64,000 nucleotides of DNA, taken from assembly GCF_963921235.1 (NCBI RefSeq), contig NC_086097.1, positions 7,874,001-7,938,000 of the forward strand. Reading direction: 5' to 3'. The notes under the pieces were generated by a model. It saw nothing but the letters and a program-made list of their open reading frames with translations. It did not search any database and was not told the DNA's origin. The DNA is from Mobula hypostoma. Its lineage: Eukaryota. A program made the position numbers and the translations under genes. Every line of letters starts with the position of its first letter. Within the stretch, counting starts at the first letter, position 1. This document shows positions 25,630 through 39,655 of the stretch, piece by piece.

Positions 25630-26030
25630 AAAAACACAAGAGATTCTGCAACTGCTGGAAATCCAGAGCAAGACACACAAAATGTTGGAGGCACTCAGCT
25701 AGTCAGGCAGCATCCATGGAAATGAAATGAATCCATTATGGCTTTTAAATTAATGCCAATGTATTGAATGTTACTGATCAAACAATGGCTGCTAACTTCT
25801 TCAAAGAAGTCCTGGGGTCACTGGTACAATATTGACTTAAACACACGAGATTCTGCAGTTGCTGGAAATCCAGAGCACCTCACATAAAATAATGGAGGAA
25901 CTCAGTTGGACAGGCAGCATATATGGAGGGGAATAAATGTTGATATTTTAGGTTAATATTTTATCTTTGCCCAAAATATCGACTATTTATTGCCCTCCAT
26001 AGATGTTGCTTGACTTGTTGGGTCCTTGAT
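25630..26030. mobile_element. Penelope-like tail fragments, one folded back as an inverted repeat
   Basis: Minus copies at 25630-25725 and 25838-25952; plus arm at 25970-26030. Confidence 0.7.
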
Positions 26031-26509
26031 ACTTTCTGGATGATGATGTTGTTCAAGAGCTTATTAGACCATAAACATAGAACACTACAGCAAGGAACAG
26101 GCCCTTTGGCCAACAATGTTGAGCTGAACCAATTTTTTCAAATGACCCAACTCGCCAACACATCATCTGTAAAGCTTCGCTGAAAGTAAAACTGAAACAA
26201 GACACGTTATCTCTTGGCTCCCTTGTTTTGCTTTCAATTAGTTTTATGTTTGGAGTTACAAGACATAACGACCACCACAGCAGGCAGTGCATTCCAGCGT
26301 TCTACCACTCTTCTAAATTCCAGTGAGGACAGACGCAGAGCTATCAAATGTTCCACGTATGATGACGCTTTAATTCCCAGAATCATCCTTGTGAACCTCC
26401 TCTGAACTCCCTCTAATGCCAGCACATCTTTTCTTAGATAAGGACCCAAAACTGTTCACAATACTCAAGGTGAGTCCTCACTAGTGCCTCAGCATCACAG
26501 CACTGTTCT

Positions 26510-29200
26510 TGTATTACTATTGCGACAATGTATACCTTGTTCATATTCCAAAGACTTTCAAATTCCTCTTTTAATTCGGCATATTTCCGATGTTTTTCAC
26601 TTATTGATTTCTGTAAGTTATGCGTCTTTAGAATGGATATATCTATTAAATAACTTGTTCTTGATTATTTATCCTGTATTGTATTGTCCTGTCCATAATA
26701 ACTGATCAGTCATAATATAATTTGTGGTATTCTGACTCCAAATGTGGATCAGACTTGTATTTATAGTAAGATGAGATTTCATTTATGAGATTGTATGTTA
26801 ATGAAAGATTTTGATGAATGATGATTGCTACTTGATTGTGCCTGTGTAAGTAATCAGATTGTGTTAAACAGTTACAGGATCTTGTTACGTATTGGATTGT
26901 TTCAGATATTTCTCAACATTTTTTACATTTATCATTTTGAACTTGCTGGTGTTTTGTTATTATTTTTTGATTTTTTTTTGTGTGTTAACCACCTAGTCTT
27001 GTATTGCCACAAGGAACCCTTCTGTTCCTGGGAAGAGGTTCCCAACTCTGAGCCAGTCATTCAACGCTTCCTTGTCGACATCTATTCTGCTCAGATTGTG
27101 GGGATGTCTTTCATGGAGTGTCATGCTCTTCCATTGGTTAACATTTTCTTCAATAAAGATAATATCTTAATTTTTCTGGGTTGAGCTCTTATTTAAGTTG
27201 TATACTTCTTGAGATGTATACTTCTTATTGGAATTGCATATGCTTCCATGCAGTGCTGATTCCTGTTTTCATTGATGAAAGTATATCCTTAAAAGTTTTA
27301 TCTAACTGTTGTGTAGATTTTTAATATCTATTATTCCTCTCCCTGCTTCTGTCCTTGGTAGTCTTAATATAAGCACATTCAAATGTACAGAATGTTTCTG
27401 AAATTTGTCATTTCTGTCCTTGTCCTTCTTTGTAAACTTTCAAGATTGGTTTTGGATTAAGTTATTATGCCGAAGGAATACATTCCTATAGGTACAGAGA
27501 AAGTGATTATTGTCTTTGCTACATTTTTACTGTTGAGCTGGTTTTAAAGCTAGACAGAACCACAGTGGATGTAAAGAATCACCTTGGAGAATACCTCAGA
27601 TTATTTTGGTAACAGTGGTTATTCTTTTTTGGTTGTTAATAGATAGGGCAATTATAGTACGGCAATGCTTCATCAGAGGTTGCAGGAATTTCACTGGTAT
27701 TGGGTGTAGTTTATATTTCTTAAGAACTTCTATTAGCCATGAATGTGAGGCAGAGTCATATGCCTTTTGGTAGTCAATATTGCAACATGAAAGATTTCTA
27801 TATTTCTGCCAGTCTTGATTTACAATTATAGGATCTATTATCAGCTGTTCTTTACATCCTTTCAGACCCTTATAACATCCTTTAAGTATATTGTGGTTAT
27901 CTAAGTAAGTGGTGATTAGTTCCGAGATACATGTTGTTACAATTTTGTACATAGTTTGTAAACAAATAATTGGATGAGATTTTGATTGATCTTTTGTGAT
28001 TTCTCCTTTAGGTAAAAAATATGTTTCACCTTTGGTCAAAAATTCTGGCACTTTTTCAAGATTTTTAAGAAAATGTTGCTATGGATTAATAGGTACAGAT
28101 GAAGGAAAGTAAATTTTTTTGACAAACAATTATGAATATTAAGACTTTCAGTACTTCTCCAGTTGTGGGTATTTTTTATAACCTCTTTCAGGTATTTGCA
28201 TTTCTTCAATTGCATGTGTGTGTTTTCCCCTCCCTAATCCAGTGTGCTTCTTGATTTTGCATCACCCTGTTTGACCAGATATTAGACAAAAAGTTCATTA
28301 TCTCTGTGTTTGTTGGCAACTCTGTGCTGGGGTTGGGGACATTTTGATATGTTGAGTTTAGTTTTAATGTCCTGTATAAACCTTTTTCATTGTTTCTGAA
28401 CTGATCATTCTGTTTTCTTCATCTGGTGCATTCCATGTATCTATTTCGCCTGGCTTTGTATTCACCAAGCTTTTGTTTTTGTGGTCTATAAACTCCACAG
28501 TGCTTTGGTTAGGCTGATCATATCTTGCATGGACCTTATATTTCTTTAGTATTTTTTTTTAGCTTTTCTCTTAACTTTCTTGCTTGGGTTATCATTTTTA
28601 TATTGTATTAGGTGGGCTATTTTTAGTCCTTACGGTTTTAATTTTATTTTTTTAATCTCTTCTGTCATTTATGTGTTCTCATTTCATTAGTCCATTTTGA
28701 GTTTCCCTTAACAAATGACTCTTTTGGAGCCATTGCTCTGCACTGCCTTTAATGCTGCACAGTATTTTATTGCATGTAGTTCTTCAAATGTTTCAAGTTT
28801 TCCTAAATGTTGTGGTAATATAATATTGTTGAGAATGTTAAAAGTTTTTGCAGATTTTGATGACGTATTTTGTTTTGATATGTAGGGTCTCTTTGTTGAG
28901 TTATTGCCCGTAAATTCTGTTAGTGTGGTGTTAAACATTGGATAATTGTGTGTGTAAGCTCAGCTTCACCATTGTCATCAGCATTCTGCAGCGGCTCCGG
29001 ATCTGTGTTGTTGTTGTTAATGTCTGATTGTGAAGCAGTTGAAATAATTGAGCTTTGGCTGGTCGTATCTCCATTATCTTCTTGCGTAGTATTGTTGTGG
29101 TTTTTATGCTGATTTCTTTCTAGCTCTTGTGCAACTTCATGTTTCATTTGGTTTAACATATCTGTGGGGATTAAACTATTTTTTTATCCACATTGGACCA
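26510..29200 (-). mobile_element. R4/Dong-clade RLE non-LTR retrotransposon (decayed)
   Basis: RT KGCKEQLIID..IDYQKAYDSASHSW; WLRVGNLFPGTEGFLVAIQD; CCHC-like DKCKKC; RLE YLIDISI..HNL..EKHRKYAEL. Confidence 0.9.
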
Positions 29201-29222
29201 TATTATTATTATTATTATTATT
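29201..29222. repeat. (TAT)n microsatellite abutting the R4/Dong 5' junction
   Basis: Read directly. Confidence 0.9.
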
Positions 29223-31369
29223 GAGATTGAGTACAGAATAGGCTCTTCTTGCCCTTCAAACCACACTGCCCAGTAATCTCCTAATTATAATAGTAGCCTA
29301 ATGATGAGACAATTTACAATGTACATTTAGCATATCAGTTGGTATGTCTTTGAACTGCAAGAGGAAACCCACGTTTTCGTGGGAAGAATGTAGAAAGTCC
29401 TTACAGTTTGTGGTAGGAATTGAACTTGGGTCACCTGTACTGTAAAGTGTTGTGCTAATTCTACACCACCGTGCCAGCCCGTCTAATCCAGATTATTAGA
29501 GGGTGCAGAAGAGTGTGTAACTTCTTCTGCATCCTCTCCAAAGCCTTGACATCCTTCCTGTAATGAAGCAACCAGAACTCAATGCAACAGTCCAGATGCG
29601 GCCTAACTATAGTTTTATATCAAATCAATCTTTAATGCCTGTGGTATATGACAGCATAACATTTTTTCGATGCTTCCAAGGTACATTTTGTATTAGGTTT
29701 CAACACGAACACTGACAAATACCTCCTTTTGTTCTCAGTACTGGGATGTATAGATGTGGGTGATAGATAATAACACTAAAGGCATATACTTAATCCTGAC
29801 ATTTAAAAAAAGGATAATGCTTTGTATTTAAGGTATTCAGTCTTGTTAAGTATGTACTATGGTGTGGGCACCACTCGTGTCAAACAAGAGCAGCAAATCC
29901 ACCTTTGTGCATGCTCGAACTGGCTGCATCACCATCCGGTATAGGGTGGGGGCAAGTATCAACTGCACAGGATCAAAGTAAGCTGCAGAAAGTTGTAACC
30001 TTTGTTAGCACCTTCATGGGCACTAGCCTTCCCAGCATCCAGGACATCTTCAAGGAGTGATGCCTCAAAAAGGGGGTCATCCATCATGAAGGACCCCCAT
30101 CACCCAGGTCATGCCTTGTTCTCATTGCTACCAACAAGTCAGAGGAAAAGAAACGTGAAGACACACACTCAATGATTCGGGAACAGCTTCTTCCCCTCTG
30201 CCATCCGATTCCTGAATGGACATTGAACCCATGAACACCACCTCACAAATTTTAATTTCCATTTTTGCACAACTGATTTAATTTAACTTTTTAATATGTA
30301 CACACTTACTGTAATTCATGTTTTTTCCATCTATTATCATGCATTGCAACACACTACTGCCATGAAGTTAACAAATTTGATGCCATATACCGGTGATATT
30401 AAACTTGATACTGATACTGATGTTTATCCCGACATGCAGAGGCACATTCTCAGGCCAGATAAGGATATTACATTGAACCTTCAACAGGTTTCATAAGTGA
30501 AGGTTTAGCACAATACAAATTAATCATGACTGATCTACCAGTGTCAAATATTTCTGTTAAATGTACAGTCTGTATTCCTAGACTCACAGGCACAGAGCGG
30601 GCTCATCACATAATTTATTGTCAAGACACCAACCTCTTCTGTTTAATCTACTGAGTCTTAACCTTCTGTCTCAATGACAGTGGAAAGATAAGCCTCTCAG
30701 CCACAAAGGATCAGCAATAATCACTGTAAAGTAACCAAGCAAGTTGCTAGTTACTTATTTTAATGTTACGTATGACCTCGCCTCATCCCTCAATATAACC
30801 TCCCTGAAGAAGGCGGCCCTGCAGCATTTCCACTTCCTGGGGACATTGAGGCAAGCGAGGCATGCCCCCCCACCCCCCCCCGCAAACTCCATCCCACCAT
30901 TTTAACTGAATCTAACAGGAGCACCACTGAGACCATCCTGTCAAGCTGTGTCTCCATCTGGTATGGTTTCAGCTGGGCATCGGACTGGAAGTCCCTACAA
31001 ACGACTGTGAGACCAGCTGAGAGGATCATAGGGGTCTCCCTACCACCCATTGGGGACATTTATCAGGAGCGCTGCATACGTAGGACACTTAGTATTTTCA
31101 AGGATCCCACCCATCCATCCAGAATCCTCTTTAACTTTCTACCATCAGGCAGGAAACTCTGATGTATAAAGTCAAGAACAGTTAGGTTGGGAAACAATTT
31201 CTTCCCTCGGGCCATTAGGCTTCTCAACTCCTTGCCATATCAAATTTCAAGGTGTCACTGGTTACTCTGTTCTGTACCTGGCAATAGATAATTTATGCAT
31301 TTTACTTTGTTTATTTATGTACAATTGATCTGTAGATTTTATCATTGATTTCATAAGATTGTGTGTTAT

Positions 31370-32020
31370 AGAAACATAGAAACATAGAAAATAGGTGCAG
31401 GAGTAGGCCATTCGGCCCTCGAGCCTGCACCGCCATTCAGTATGATCATGGCTGATCATCCAACTCAGAACCCTGTACCAGCCTTCCCTCCATATCCCCT
31501 GATCCCTTTAGCCACAAGGGCCATATCTAACTCCCTCTTAATTATAGCTAATGAACTGACCTCAACTGTTTCCTATGGCAGAGAATTCTACAGATTCCCC
31601 ATTCTCTGTGTGAAGAAGTTTTTCCTTATCTCGGTCCTAAGAGGCTTCCCCTTTATCCTCAAATTGTGACCCCTCGTTCTAAACTTCCCCAACATCGGGA
31701 ATAATCTTCCTACATCTAGCCTGTCCAATCCCTTTAGAATTTTATATGTTTCAATAAGATCTCCCCACAATCTTCTAAATTCCAACGAGTACAAGCCCAG
31801 TTCATCCAGTCTTTCATCATATGAAAGTCCTGCCATCCCAGGAATCAATCTGGTGAACCTTCTTTGTACTCCCTCTATGGCAAGAATGTCTTTCCTCAGA
31901 TTAGGGGACCAAAACTGCACACAATACTCCAGGTGTGGTCTCACCAAGGCCTTGTACAACTGCAGTAGTACCTCCCTGCTCCTGTACTCGAATCCTCTTG
32001 CTGTGAATGCCAGCATACCA
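31370..32020 (-). mobile_element. Relatively young CR1 3' fragment
   Basis: ORF 31588-32016 LYKALVRPHLEYCVQFWSP..EGVQRRFTRLIPG; (TTTCTATG)n tail. Confidence 0.93.
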
Positions 32021-33382
32021 TTATATGTGTGCTATGTGTACTACTGTGCTTTACACCCTGGTTCGGAGAACCGTTGTCTCATTTGACAGTATACATGTAC
32101 AGTATATACTTAAAGACAATGAAATTGAACTGACGTGACTTATTTTGATGCTTCTCACCATCTAAGAGGATAAGAATATGGGTAAGCTGATAAGGAAACA
32201 AAATTCCCAGCCAGGAACAAAGAGAACAAGATATGAGTGATGCACTTTGTGGTACAGTCCAATGTAAGAGTCTCTTTGAGGACTGGATGCATTACATGAT
32301 CGAACATTGGTACATTATTTCACTGGACAATGAGAATTACTTATTTCCTTAGCCCATTTCCGGTACTGGAGCACAGGCCACTGACAACAGCTCATCAGAG
32401 CCCTCTGTCCTGGGCCTGTTTTTTAAGGTTTATTGTTATTTACCTATTGAGATACAGCACGGACCTAAACTAATACCATAAACATTGAAGAGACAAGCGA
32501 AAACGAAGCTGGCACGAGGGTCGAACTGTGCAGGTGCGATGCAAAGTCACAGCATAGAATATTCGAGGAGAAGCAAGGTCAAGCATGCTTGAGTTTGTTT
32601 CAGAGATGGAGTTGGAGTGAGCAAATCAGAGAAGAGTCAATGCAGAGGAGTTTTATAGCCTATCTGCCTGAACTGGGAGTGAGGTTGGGTCGATCTAAGT
32701 GCCGAGCCATTTCGAAGAGGTCGGGAACATCCTTGGGCTGGGCAGAGGTGTGTAGGCCCAGAGCGTATTGTTTCTGTGGGGCCTGGGTCCTAATGTGCAG
32801 CACGATATGGTAGTTGAGCAATTTAAAAGCTGGCCCAGACAGACTGTAAAGGCAGGGTGTCAGGACCGGAGGCAAGGGTCAAGCCGATTCCACTCACTCT
32901 TCCACGATGTTCACTCCTCTTTCCACACACTGAAGCTGTGAGACTACTCCAGATGCGAAGCACCTTGTATCTGGGAGTTTTGTGGCGATTTTGCCTGCTG
33001 TGTGATGAACTGAGACTGACGCTATGGGCCTACTCTGACAGCTCCTGGCTCCGGGTCTATGGACTCAATTTGGCGGCGAATGCTGTTGCTTGCTTTTATT
33101 CTTTGCATTATTTGTGCTTTTTCTCTTTCTCTGCACATTGGGTGTTGGTCTTTTATTAATTGGGTTCTTTCAAGTTCCGTGCTTTGTGGCTGCCTGGAAG
33201 TAGATGAATCTCAAGGTTATACATTCTTTATGGTTGTAATTTATACAATTAAATGTACATTGAATACTTTGAATCCTGTGGAACAGGTCCTTACGGCAAT
33301 TCGAGCCATGCCACCCAGCAACCCCCAATTTAATCCCAGTCGAATCTCAGGACAATTTACAATGACCAATTAACCTACTAAC

Positions 33383-33718
33383 CCTCCCCCCCCCCCCCGT
33401 CTTTCTTCCCGGACCCCCCCCCCCCCCGTCTTCCCGGACCTCCTGTCCCATGATCCTCTCGTATCCCTTTTGCCAATCACCTGTCCAGCTCTTGGCTCCA
33501 TCCCTCCCCCTCCTGTCTTCTCCTATCATTTCGGATCTCCCCGTCCCCCTCCCACTTTCAAATCCCTTACTCACTCTTCCTTCAGTTAGTCCTGACGAAG
33601 AGTCCCAGCCTGAAATGTTGACTGCACCTCTTCCTAGAGATGCTGCCTGGCCTGCTGCATTCACCAGCAACTTTTATGTGTGTTGCTTGAATTTCCAGCA
33701 TCTGCAGAATTCCTGTTG
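33383..33718 (+). mobile_element. Penelope-like pLTR fragment with a mutated hammerhead, inserted in a V-SINE
   Basis: 13-bp TSD TTAACCTACTAAC (33370-33382, 33719-33731); hammerhead remnant at 33588-33623. Confidence 0.85.
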
Positions 33719-34598
33719 TTAACCTACTAACTAGTATGTCTTTGGACTGTGGGAGGAAACTGGAGGATGCAAAGGAAAATAAGTATATGTTGGGAAAGGT
33801 GACTGAAATTTGAGACAAATATAATATGAGGATGTTTAAAGTAGACAACTTAATTACAAGGGCTCTCATCCTTTACAATGGTAATAAAGCCCATTATCTG
33901 ATCATAGATAGTGTAAATTTCTTTCACACAATAACAAAATTACAACAAGGTGTCCCAAGGGGACATACTCAACATTTCAAAAATATCTTCTTCCGCTCCA
34001 CCATCAGATTTCTGAATGGGCAATGAACTGATGAACTCTACCTCACTATTTCTTTTTGCTCTTTTTTTGCACTACTTTTTAACTTAATTTCATATACATA
34101 TATAATCTATGAGCGGCTGGTGCATATCACCTGGTTTTGCAATCACTGATGCCAGGCAGATAATCTCTGAAGAGTATTGATAATGGCTCTGGTCACCTGT
34201 TTTGTAAAGACACTGCCCAGAAGAAGACGATGGCAAATCATTTTGGTAGAAACAGTTGCCAAGAACAATCATGGTCATGGATAGATCATGATCTCCCACA
34301 TCATATGACACAGCACACAATGGTAATGATGATGATTATGTATTGCATTGTACTACTGCCACAAAACAACATATTTCATGTTCATGTGCCAGTGATAATA
34401 AACCTGATTTTGATACTGATGCCAAAATGCTTGATTTTCCAGAGTGAATTAAAACAACTGTTATCACATTTCAGGAGAAAATAAAGTGAACTATTCTCAA
34501 TTATCTCATACTGGAAAAAAAAGAAATTGTGGAGAGTTTGTTGGAAGAGGCTCCTTTGAGAGATGTTGTGATTCTATATGTAGCACCAACCTCTAGTG

Positions 34599-34678
34599 CA
34601 GTGGTTCCTAATCTTTTCTATGTCATGGACCCCTACCATTAACCAAGGGTTCTCTGGACCCCAGGTTGGGAACCTCTG
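34599..34678. mobile_element. About 80-bp hAT MITE, same family as 24496
   Basis: CAGTGGTTCC...GGAACCTCTG; TSD CTCTAGTG/CTCTTGTG. Confidence 0.8.
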
Positions 34679-34896
34679 CTCTTGTGATTGGATGATATTC
34701 TGTAATGATTCTATAAACCAATTCTTTGGAAGCAAATTGCCTTGTCTGATGTCTGTACCCATGCCACTTGCCACCCCAGCACTCCTTCCCTGCCGTCTGT
34801 CCCACACACCTCCACTGTGCTCCACCCTTGCCATTCCCAACATGCTTTGCTCCTACCAGGTTTACAAATTCGCTCTCTGCTCCACTTTGATGAATA

Positions 34897-34968
34897 CAGT
34901 TCTGTGCAAAAGGCTTAGGAGCCCTAACTATATATACTGTACGTGCCTCAGACATTTGCACAGAGCTA
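34897..34968. mobile_element. Tc1-like mini-MITE
   Basis: TA-flanked imperfect TIRs CAGTTCTGTGCAAAAGGCTTAGG...CCTCAGACATTTGCACAGAGCT. Confidence 0.7.
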
Positions 34969-35016
34969 TATATCAAGCTACAAGTTGGCATAATGGTGTA
35001 ATATGCAGGAGGAGTA

Positions 35017-35745
35017 CAATGGATTTTGGTTAACTGGGCCATTGGTTAATCAGGCAGTCTCTTATTTGGGAAAGCTCCTAAAGAACAAAAACTAATCGAG
35101 ACAATCACCAAGATTCCATTAGATGTGTGGTCATCAGACACTACGCCATGCTTAGATCGGTGTATTTTTAAATAGTGTCAGTTGTGTGTGCTTGTGCTCA
35201 AAAAGCATTGAGTCTTGTCTCTGATAGTTGGTGGGAAATAAGCAGTAAGACAATTCAGAACTGTTTTTGCTTACTGTGGTTCCAAGCATTCAGCTTTGGA
35301 GATATCAGTAACCACTGAGCGTGAAAATGATTCATCACTCAACAAGTTCTGAATTAAGAAGAATTTGAAGGAATCAACAATCCGCTTGAATGTTACAATA
35401 AAAATGAAAATTTGGAGAATGCAGTCATTGGCAGCATTGTATGAAAGCAGTCCATTATCTACACTCGGTGTCTGTGCTGATTAAGTTTACTTACAGTCAA
35501 TCAAAACACTGCAGCATAATTCTTCTATCGATAACTATTAGGAACTAATACACAGTTTTATAGAATGTGTTGATAGTGTTCAAATTTGGTTTGTATTTCA
35601 TTTAAATACATAATTTGTTACTCAGTTAAATGACTTGTTTTTTTTTAATGCCTTTTTAACTATTTCCATGAAACTTCGGCTAATTGGGGCAGCTGCCTAA
35701 TTAAGCCAAAATATCCTGATGTGTCCCCATTAACTGAATCCACTG
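35017..35745 (+). mobile_element. Tigger/pogo-like non-autonomous DNA transposon
   Basis: TA TSD; CA(A/G)TGGATT...GAATCCACTG ends; internal TIQNCF remnant; partial second copy at 54893-55126. Confidence 0.78.
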
Positions 35746-35815
35746 TATTGCAAAATCCCAGTGAAATGGTGTAACTGGATTTCTCCAGATGTTTCTACAA
35801 AGTAATTCTCAAGGT

Positions 35816-36386
35816 ACCTCGGGTCAAGAATGATGAGTTCGGAGATAAAGATACGGAAGGCGCTGGCATGGAGGGCTATGAACGACATGAAGGAAATCTG
35901 GAAGTCGAAGCCAGAGGGCTTAAAACGAGGATCTTCATAGCAGTCATACAGCCCATTCTCACGTACGGATGCGAGACGTGGACACTCATCAAGACGATGC
36001 GAAAGTCTCTAGATGGTTGCTATACACGAATGTTCCGGATTGCTCTTGATATGAGTTGGCAACAGCACATGACGAACGTTGAACTCTGATGTGAACGTTG
36101 AACAACCTACTGATGCTCTCCACTAAAATCAAGGCAAGAAGACTGCAACTATCAGGGCACTGTCTACGCCACCCCGAGCTACCTGCCAGCCTAGTCATCA
36201 TATGGGAGCCCAAGCACGGGAGGATGAACCCTGGGCGCCCTCCCAAGACTATGGTCAACACACTCCTAGAAGACAGCGGCGCGGCTAATGTAGATGAACT
36301 GAGCACACTGATGAGGGAGAGGGAGAAGTGGAGAGTCCGTCATCGTGCCCGATGCCGGCCCCCTAGGCCTGAGTCAACATAGTAGT
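35816..36386 (+). mobile_element. RTE-clade LINE 3' fragment
   Basis: LTYGCETWTL..RRLQLSGHCLRH..GRPPKT; (AGT)n tail; 15-bp TSD AGTAATTCTCAAGGT (35801-35815, 36387-36401). Confidence 0.9.
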
Positions 36387-37465
36387 AGTAATTCTCAAGG
36401 TGTTAGCTGATCTCCTGTCTAAGTTACAAAATGCTAGAAAAGTGTTTCCGGTGAAATACATTGTTGTCAGCTGGCTGTAATGCAATCAAGTTAGCCAAGA
36501 ATGCCCTCGTTCATTCGTTATGTGCCATGTTGTAAGGCATAGATGATCATAGTCTTTCCATGACCATGATTGTTCTTCTACTGAAGTGGTTTGTCATTGC
36601 CTTCTTCTGGGAAGTATCTTTACAAGACAGGTGATCCCAGTCATTATCAACACTCTTCAGAAATTGTCTGCCTGGCGTTATTTGGTACTTAACCAAGATT
36701 TGTGATGTGCATCAGTTGCTCATACAACCACCCATCACCTGCTCCCATGGCTTCATGTGACCCTGATCAGGGGCTAGGCAGGTGTTACACCTTGCCCAAG
36801 GGTGACCTGCAGTCTAGCAGAGGGAAGAAGCTCTTTAAACCTCCTTTGGTAGAGATGTTTCTCCACCCCGCCACCCAAGATAGACATAACATCGTTTTTC
36901 AGGAGATAATTGTTTGCCTTGGGTACCAGTACTGCCTGTTGACATATCCCCTTTTTCTTCCTGCTTTCTCATCAAAAATAGTGCTTACGGGCAACTTATC
37001 TCCAGGGATGAAATCTTACCTGTTCAGTTGATCACTCAATGCTAAGCCTGGGGCCTAGGCTACACCTCAGTGCAGCATCTGAACATTCTGTTCCCTCAGT
37101 TTGAATGCTGATAGACTGCTCCATGGTAGTTAGCATAATGTCATTGCAGCTGGGTGTGTCAGAGTTCAGAGTTCATCGTCATCAAAGATCCTCACCACCC
37201 GGGCCATGCTCTTTTCTCGCTGCTGCCTTCAGGTAGAAGGTACAAGAGCTTCAGGATTCCACTACCGGGTTCAGGAACAGTTACTAACCCACAACCATTA
37301 GGCTGTTGAACAAAAGGGGATAAAGGGGGTAAAAACTGAGATGCAAAGAGACTTGGAAGCCCTTGTGCAGGATTCTCTAAAGGTTAATTTGCAGGTTGAG
37401 CCTACCAGCCTTCTCCTTCCCACCCTCCCTCCACCTTCTTTATAGGGCTTCTGCCCTTTCCCTCT

Positions 37466-37505
37466 TCAGTCCTGACGAAGGGTTCCGGCCCGAAACATTG
37501 ACTGA
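37466..37505 (+). ncRNA. Minimal type I hammerhead ribozyme, probably impaired
   Basis: TCAGTC-CTGACGA-A-GGGT(TCCG)GCCC-GAAA-CATT-GACTGA; the palindromic ACGT is mutated to ACAT. Confidence 0.65.
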
Positions 37506-38143
37506 TCGTTTCCACGGATGCTGCCCGACCTGCTGAGTTCCTCCAGCATGTTGTGAGTGATGTTATGTTGAAAGTTTATAAAGCACTGGTGAGGCCTCAC
37601 TGGAGTATTGTGAGAAGTTTTGGGCTCCTTATCTTAGAAAAGGTGTACTGAAACTGGAGAGAGTGCAAAGGAGGATCACGAAAATGATTTCACGATTGAA
37701 TGGCTTGTCATATGAAGAGCACTTGATGGCTCTGGGCCTGTATTAACTGGAATTCAGAAGAATGAGGGGTGACCTCATTGAATGGTGAAAGCCCTTGATA
37801 GAATGATTGTGGAGAGGATGCTTCCTATGGTGGGAGAGTCCAAGACCAGAGGACATAGCCTCAGAATAGAAGGGCCTTCTTTAGAACGAAGGTGAGGAGG
37901 AATTTTTTTAGCCAGACAGTGGCGAATCTGGGGAATTCTTTGCCACCGACAGCTGTGGAGGCCAAGCCTTTATGAATATTTAAGGCAGTTATTAATAGAG
38001 TCTTGACTGGTCAGGGCATGAAGGGATACGGGGAAAAAGCAAGAGATTGAGGTTGAAAGGAAAATTGGATCAGCATGATGAAATGGCAGAGCAGATCAAT
38101 GGGCTAAATGGCCTAATTCTGCTCCTATATCTGTCCTATATCT

Positions 38144-38179
38144 AGTCCTGACGAAGGGTCTCGGCCTGAAACGTCGACT
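38144..38179 (+). ncRNA. Minimal type I hammerhead ribozyme, intact core
   Basis: AGTC-CTGACGA-A-GGGT(CTCG)GCCT-GAAA-CGTC-GACT; predicted cleavage after GUC at 38175. Confidence 0.82.
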
Positions 38180-39394
38180 GCGCCTCTTCCTATAGATGCT
38201 GCTTGGCCTGCTGCGTTCACCAGCAACTTTGATGTGTGTTGCTTGAATTTCCAGCATCTGCAGAATTCCTGTTGTCTGCTCCTATATCTTATGGTTTTAT
38301 GGTCTTATAATTACACTCATTTATTGAGATATTCCTACAACCACCAATCTCACTTTAAGGACTCTTTATCTTGTTATTTCATGCTCTTCGTATTTATTGC
38401 TATTTATTTATATTTGCATTTGCACATTTTGTTTCTTCTGCACGCTATTTGCTCTATTACTGATCCTGTTTACAGCTACTGTTTTATAGATTTGCTGAGA
38501 ATGCTCACAGTAAAAAGTATATTGGGGTTGTATTGTTGAAATATATGTACTATGATAATAAAATTTACTTTGAACTTCGAAATCGATTCTAGCGCTGTCT
38601 GTGAGAAGTTTGTACATCCTTCCTGTGAGTATGTGTTTTTTTCCTGGGAGTTCCAGTTTCCTCCCACATTCCAAAAACGTACCAGTTAGTAGGGTCATTG
38701 TAAATTGTCCTGTGATTAGGCGAGGGTTAAATAGGTGGGTTGCTGGATGGTTTGGCTTGTTGGGCCAGAAGTTTCTGTTCTCCACCGTATCGCTAAGTAA
38801 ATAAATAACGTATGAATTATGATCAATACACAAGCCCTCTCTCTTACCCACTTGGATAAAAGTGCAATACACCTGAGAGACAATTATCTCTCAACAGCCC
38901 TCATAGAACTTAGACCTGTAAGTGTGAGTCGGAGTGGTGGAGGTTGAAATTAAAGACTGGAACCCATAAAACATAAATCAATATTGGTGATGTCAATGCC
39001 CCTGTTAATTAGTGTTTACCTTGAATAATTTATAATTACAGAGCTTCCATGTATAGTTCTATTTTTGTATGCATGGAAGTACGAAAATTCCTTCTCAGTC
39101 TGCATATTTTGCTTGAATGGTAACATATTTTAGCAGCTAATTTTAGCAGGTATTAATAACATCAAAACAAGCCAAGAGAAGGCTTTGTTTTTTTAATGAA
39201 CAATTGTTCACTTGGAATTGATTTTTGACTGTAACAGGGAGACATATGTTAATGTAATAACATTTAGTTCAGCTTGCCACAGATCTAACAAACCACTGTC
39301 CATTTCTTGTTGTTTTCAGAAATTTCAAGCATTGTCATAATGTAAGAGGATACAGAAAATGTATATATTTGTTTACAGATATAGCACAGAATAG

Positions 39395-39655
39395 GCCAGA
39401 ATAAAAAGGGTAGAGGAAGAGAAAGAGGACTAGCTAGAAGGTGATAGGTGAAGCCAGGTGGGTGGGAAAAGTAAAGGGGTGGAGAGGGAGGAATCTGATA
39501 GGAAAGGAGTGTAGACCCGAGGAGAAAAGTAAGAAGGGGACAGGTGAGAAGTGGCAAGAGATCAGAATGGGGAATAGAAGAAGAGGGGAGGGGGAGGGAA
39601 TTTTTTTTTACCAGAAGAAGAAATTGATTTTCATGCCATCAGGTTGGAGACTACT
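39395..39655 (-). mobile_element. Penelope-like pLTR fragment
   Basis: Minus strand SLQPDGMKINF then a pyrimidine-rich tract, as in 23747-24090. Confidence 0.75.

Larger units (their letters stand above)
37325..38308 (+). mobile_element. CR1 3' part carrying two Penelope-derived insertions
   Basis: LYKALVRPH, RRNFFSQ and a TCTTATGG tail; insertions at about 37400-37560 and 38133-38275. Confidence 0.85.
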
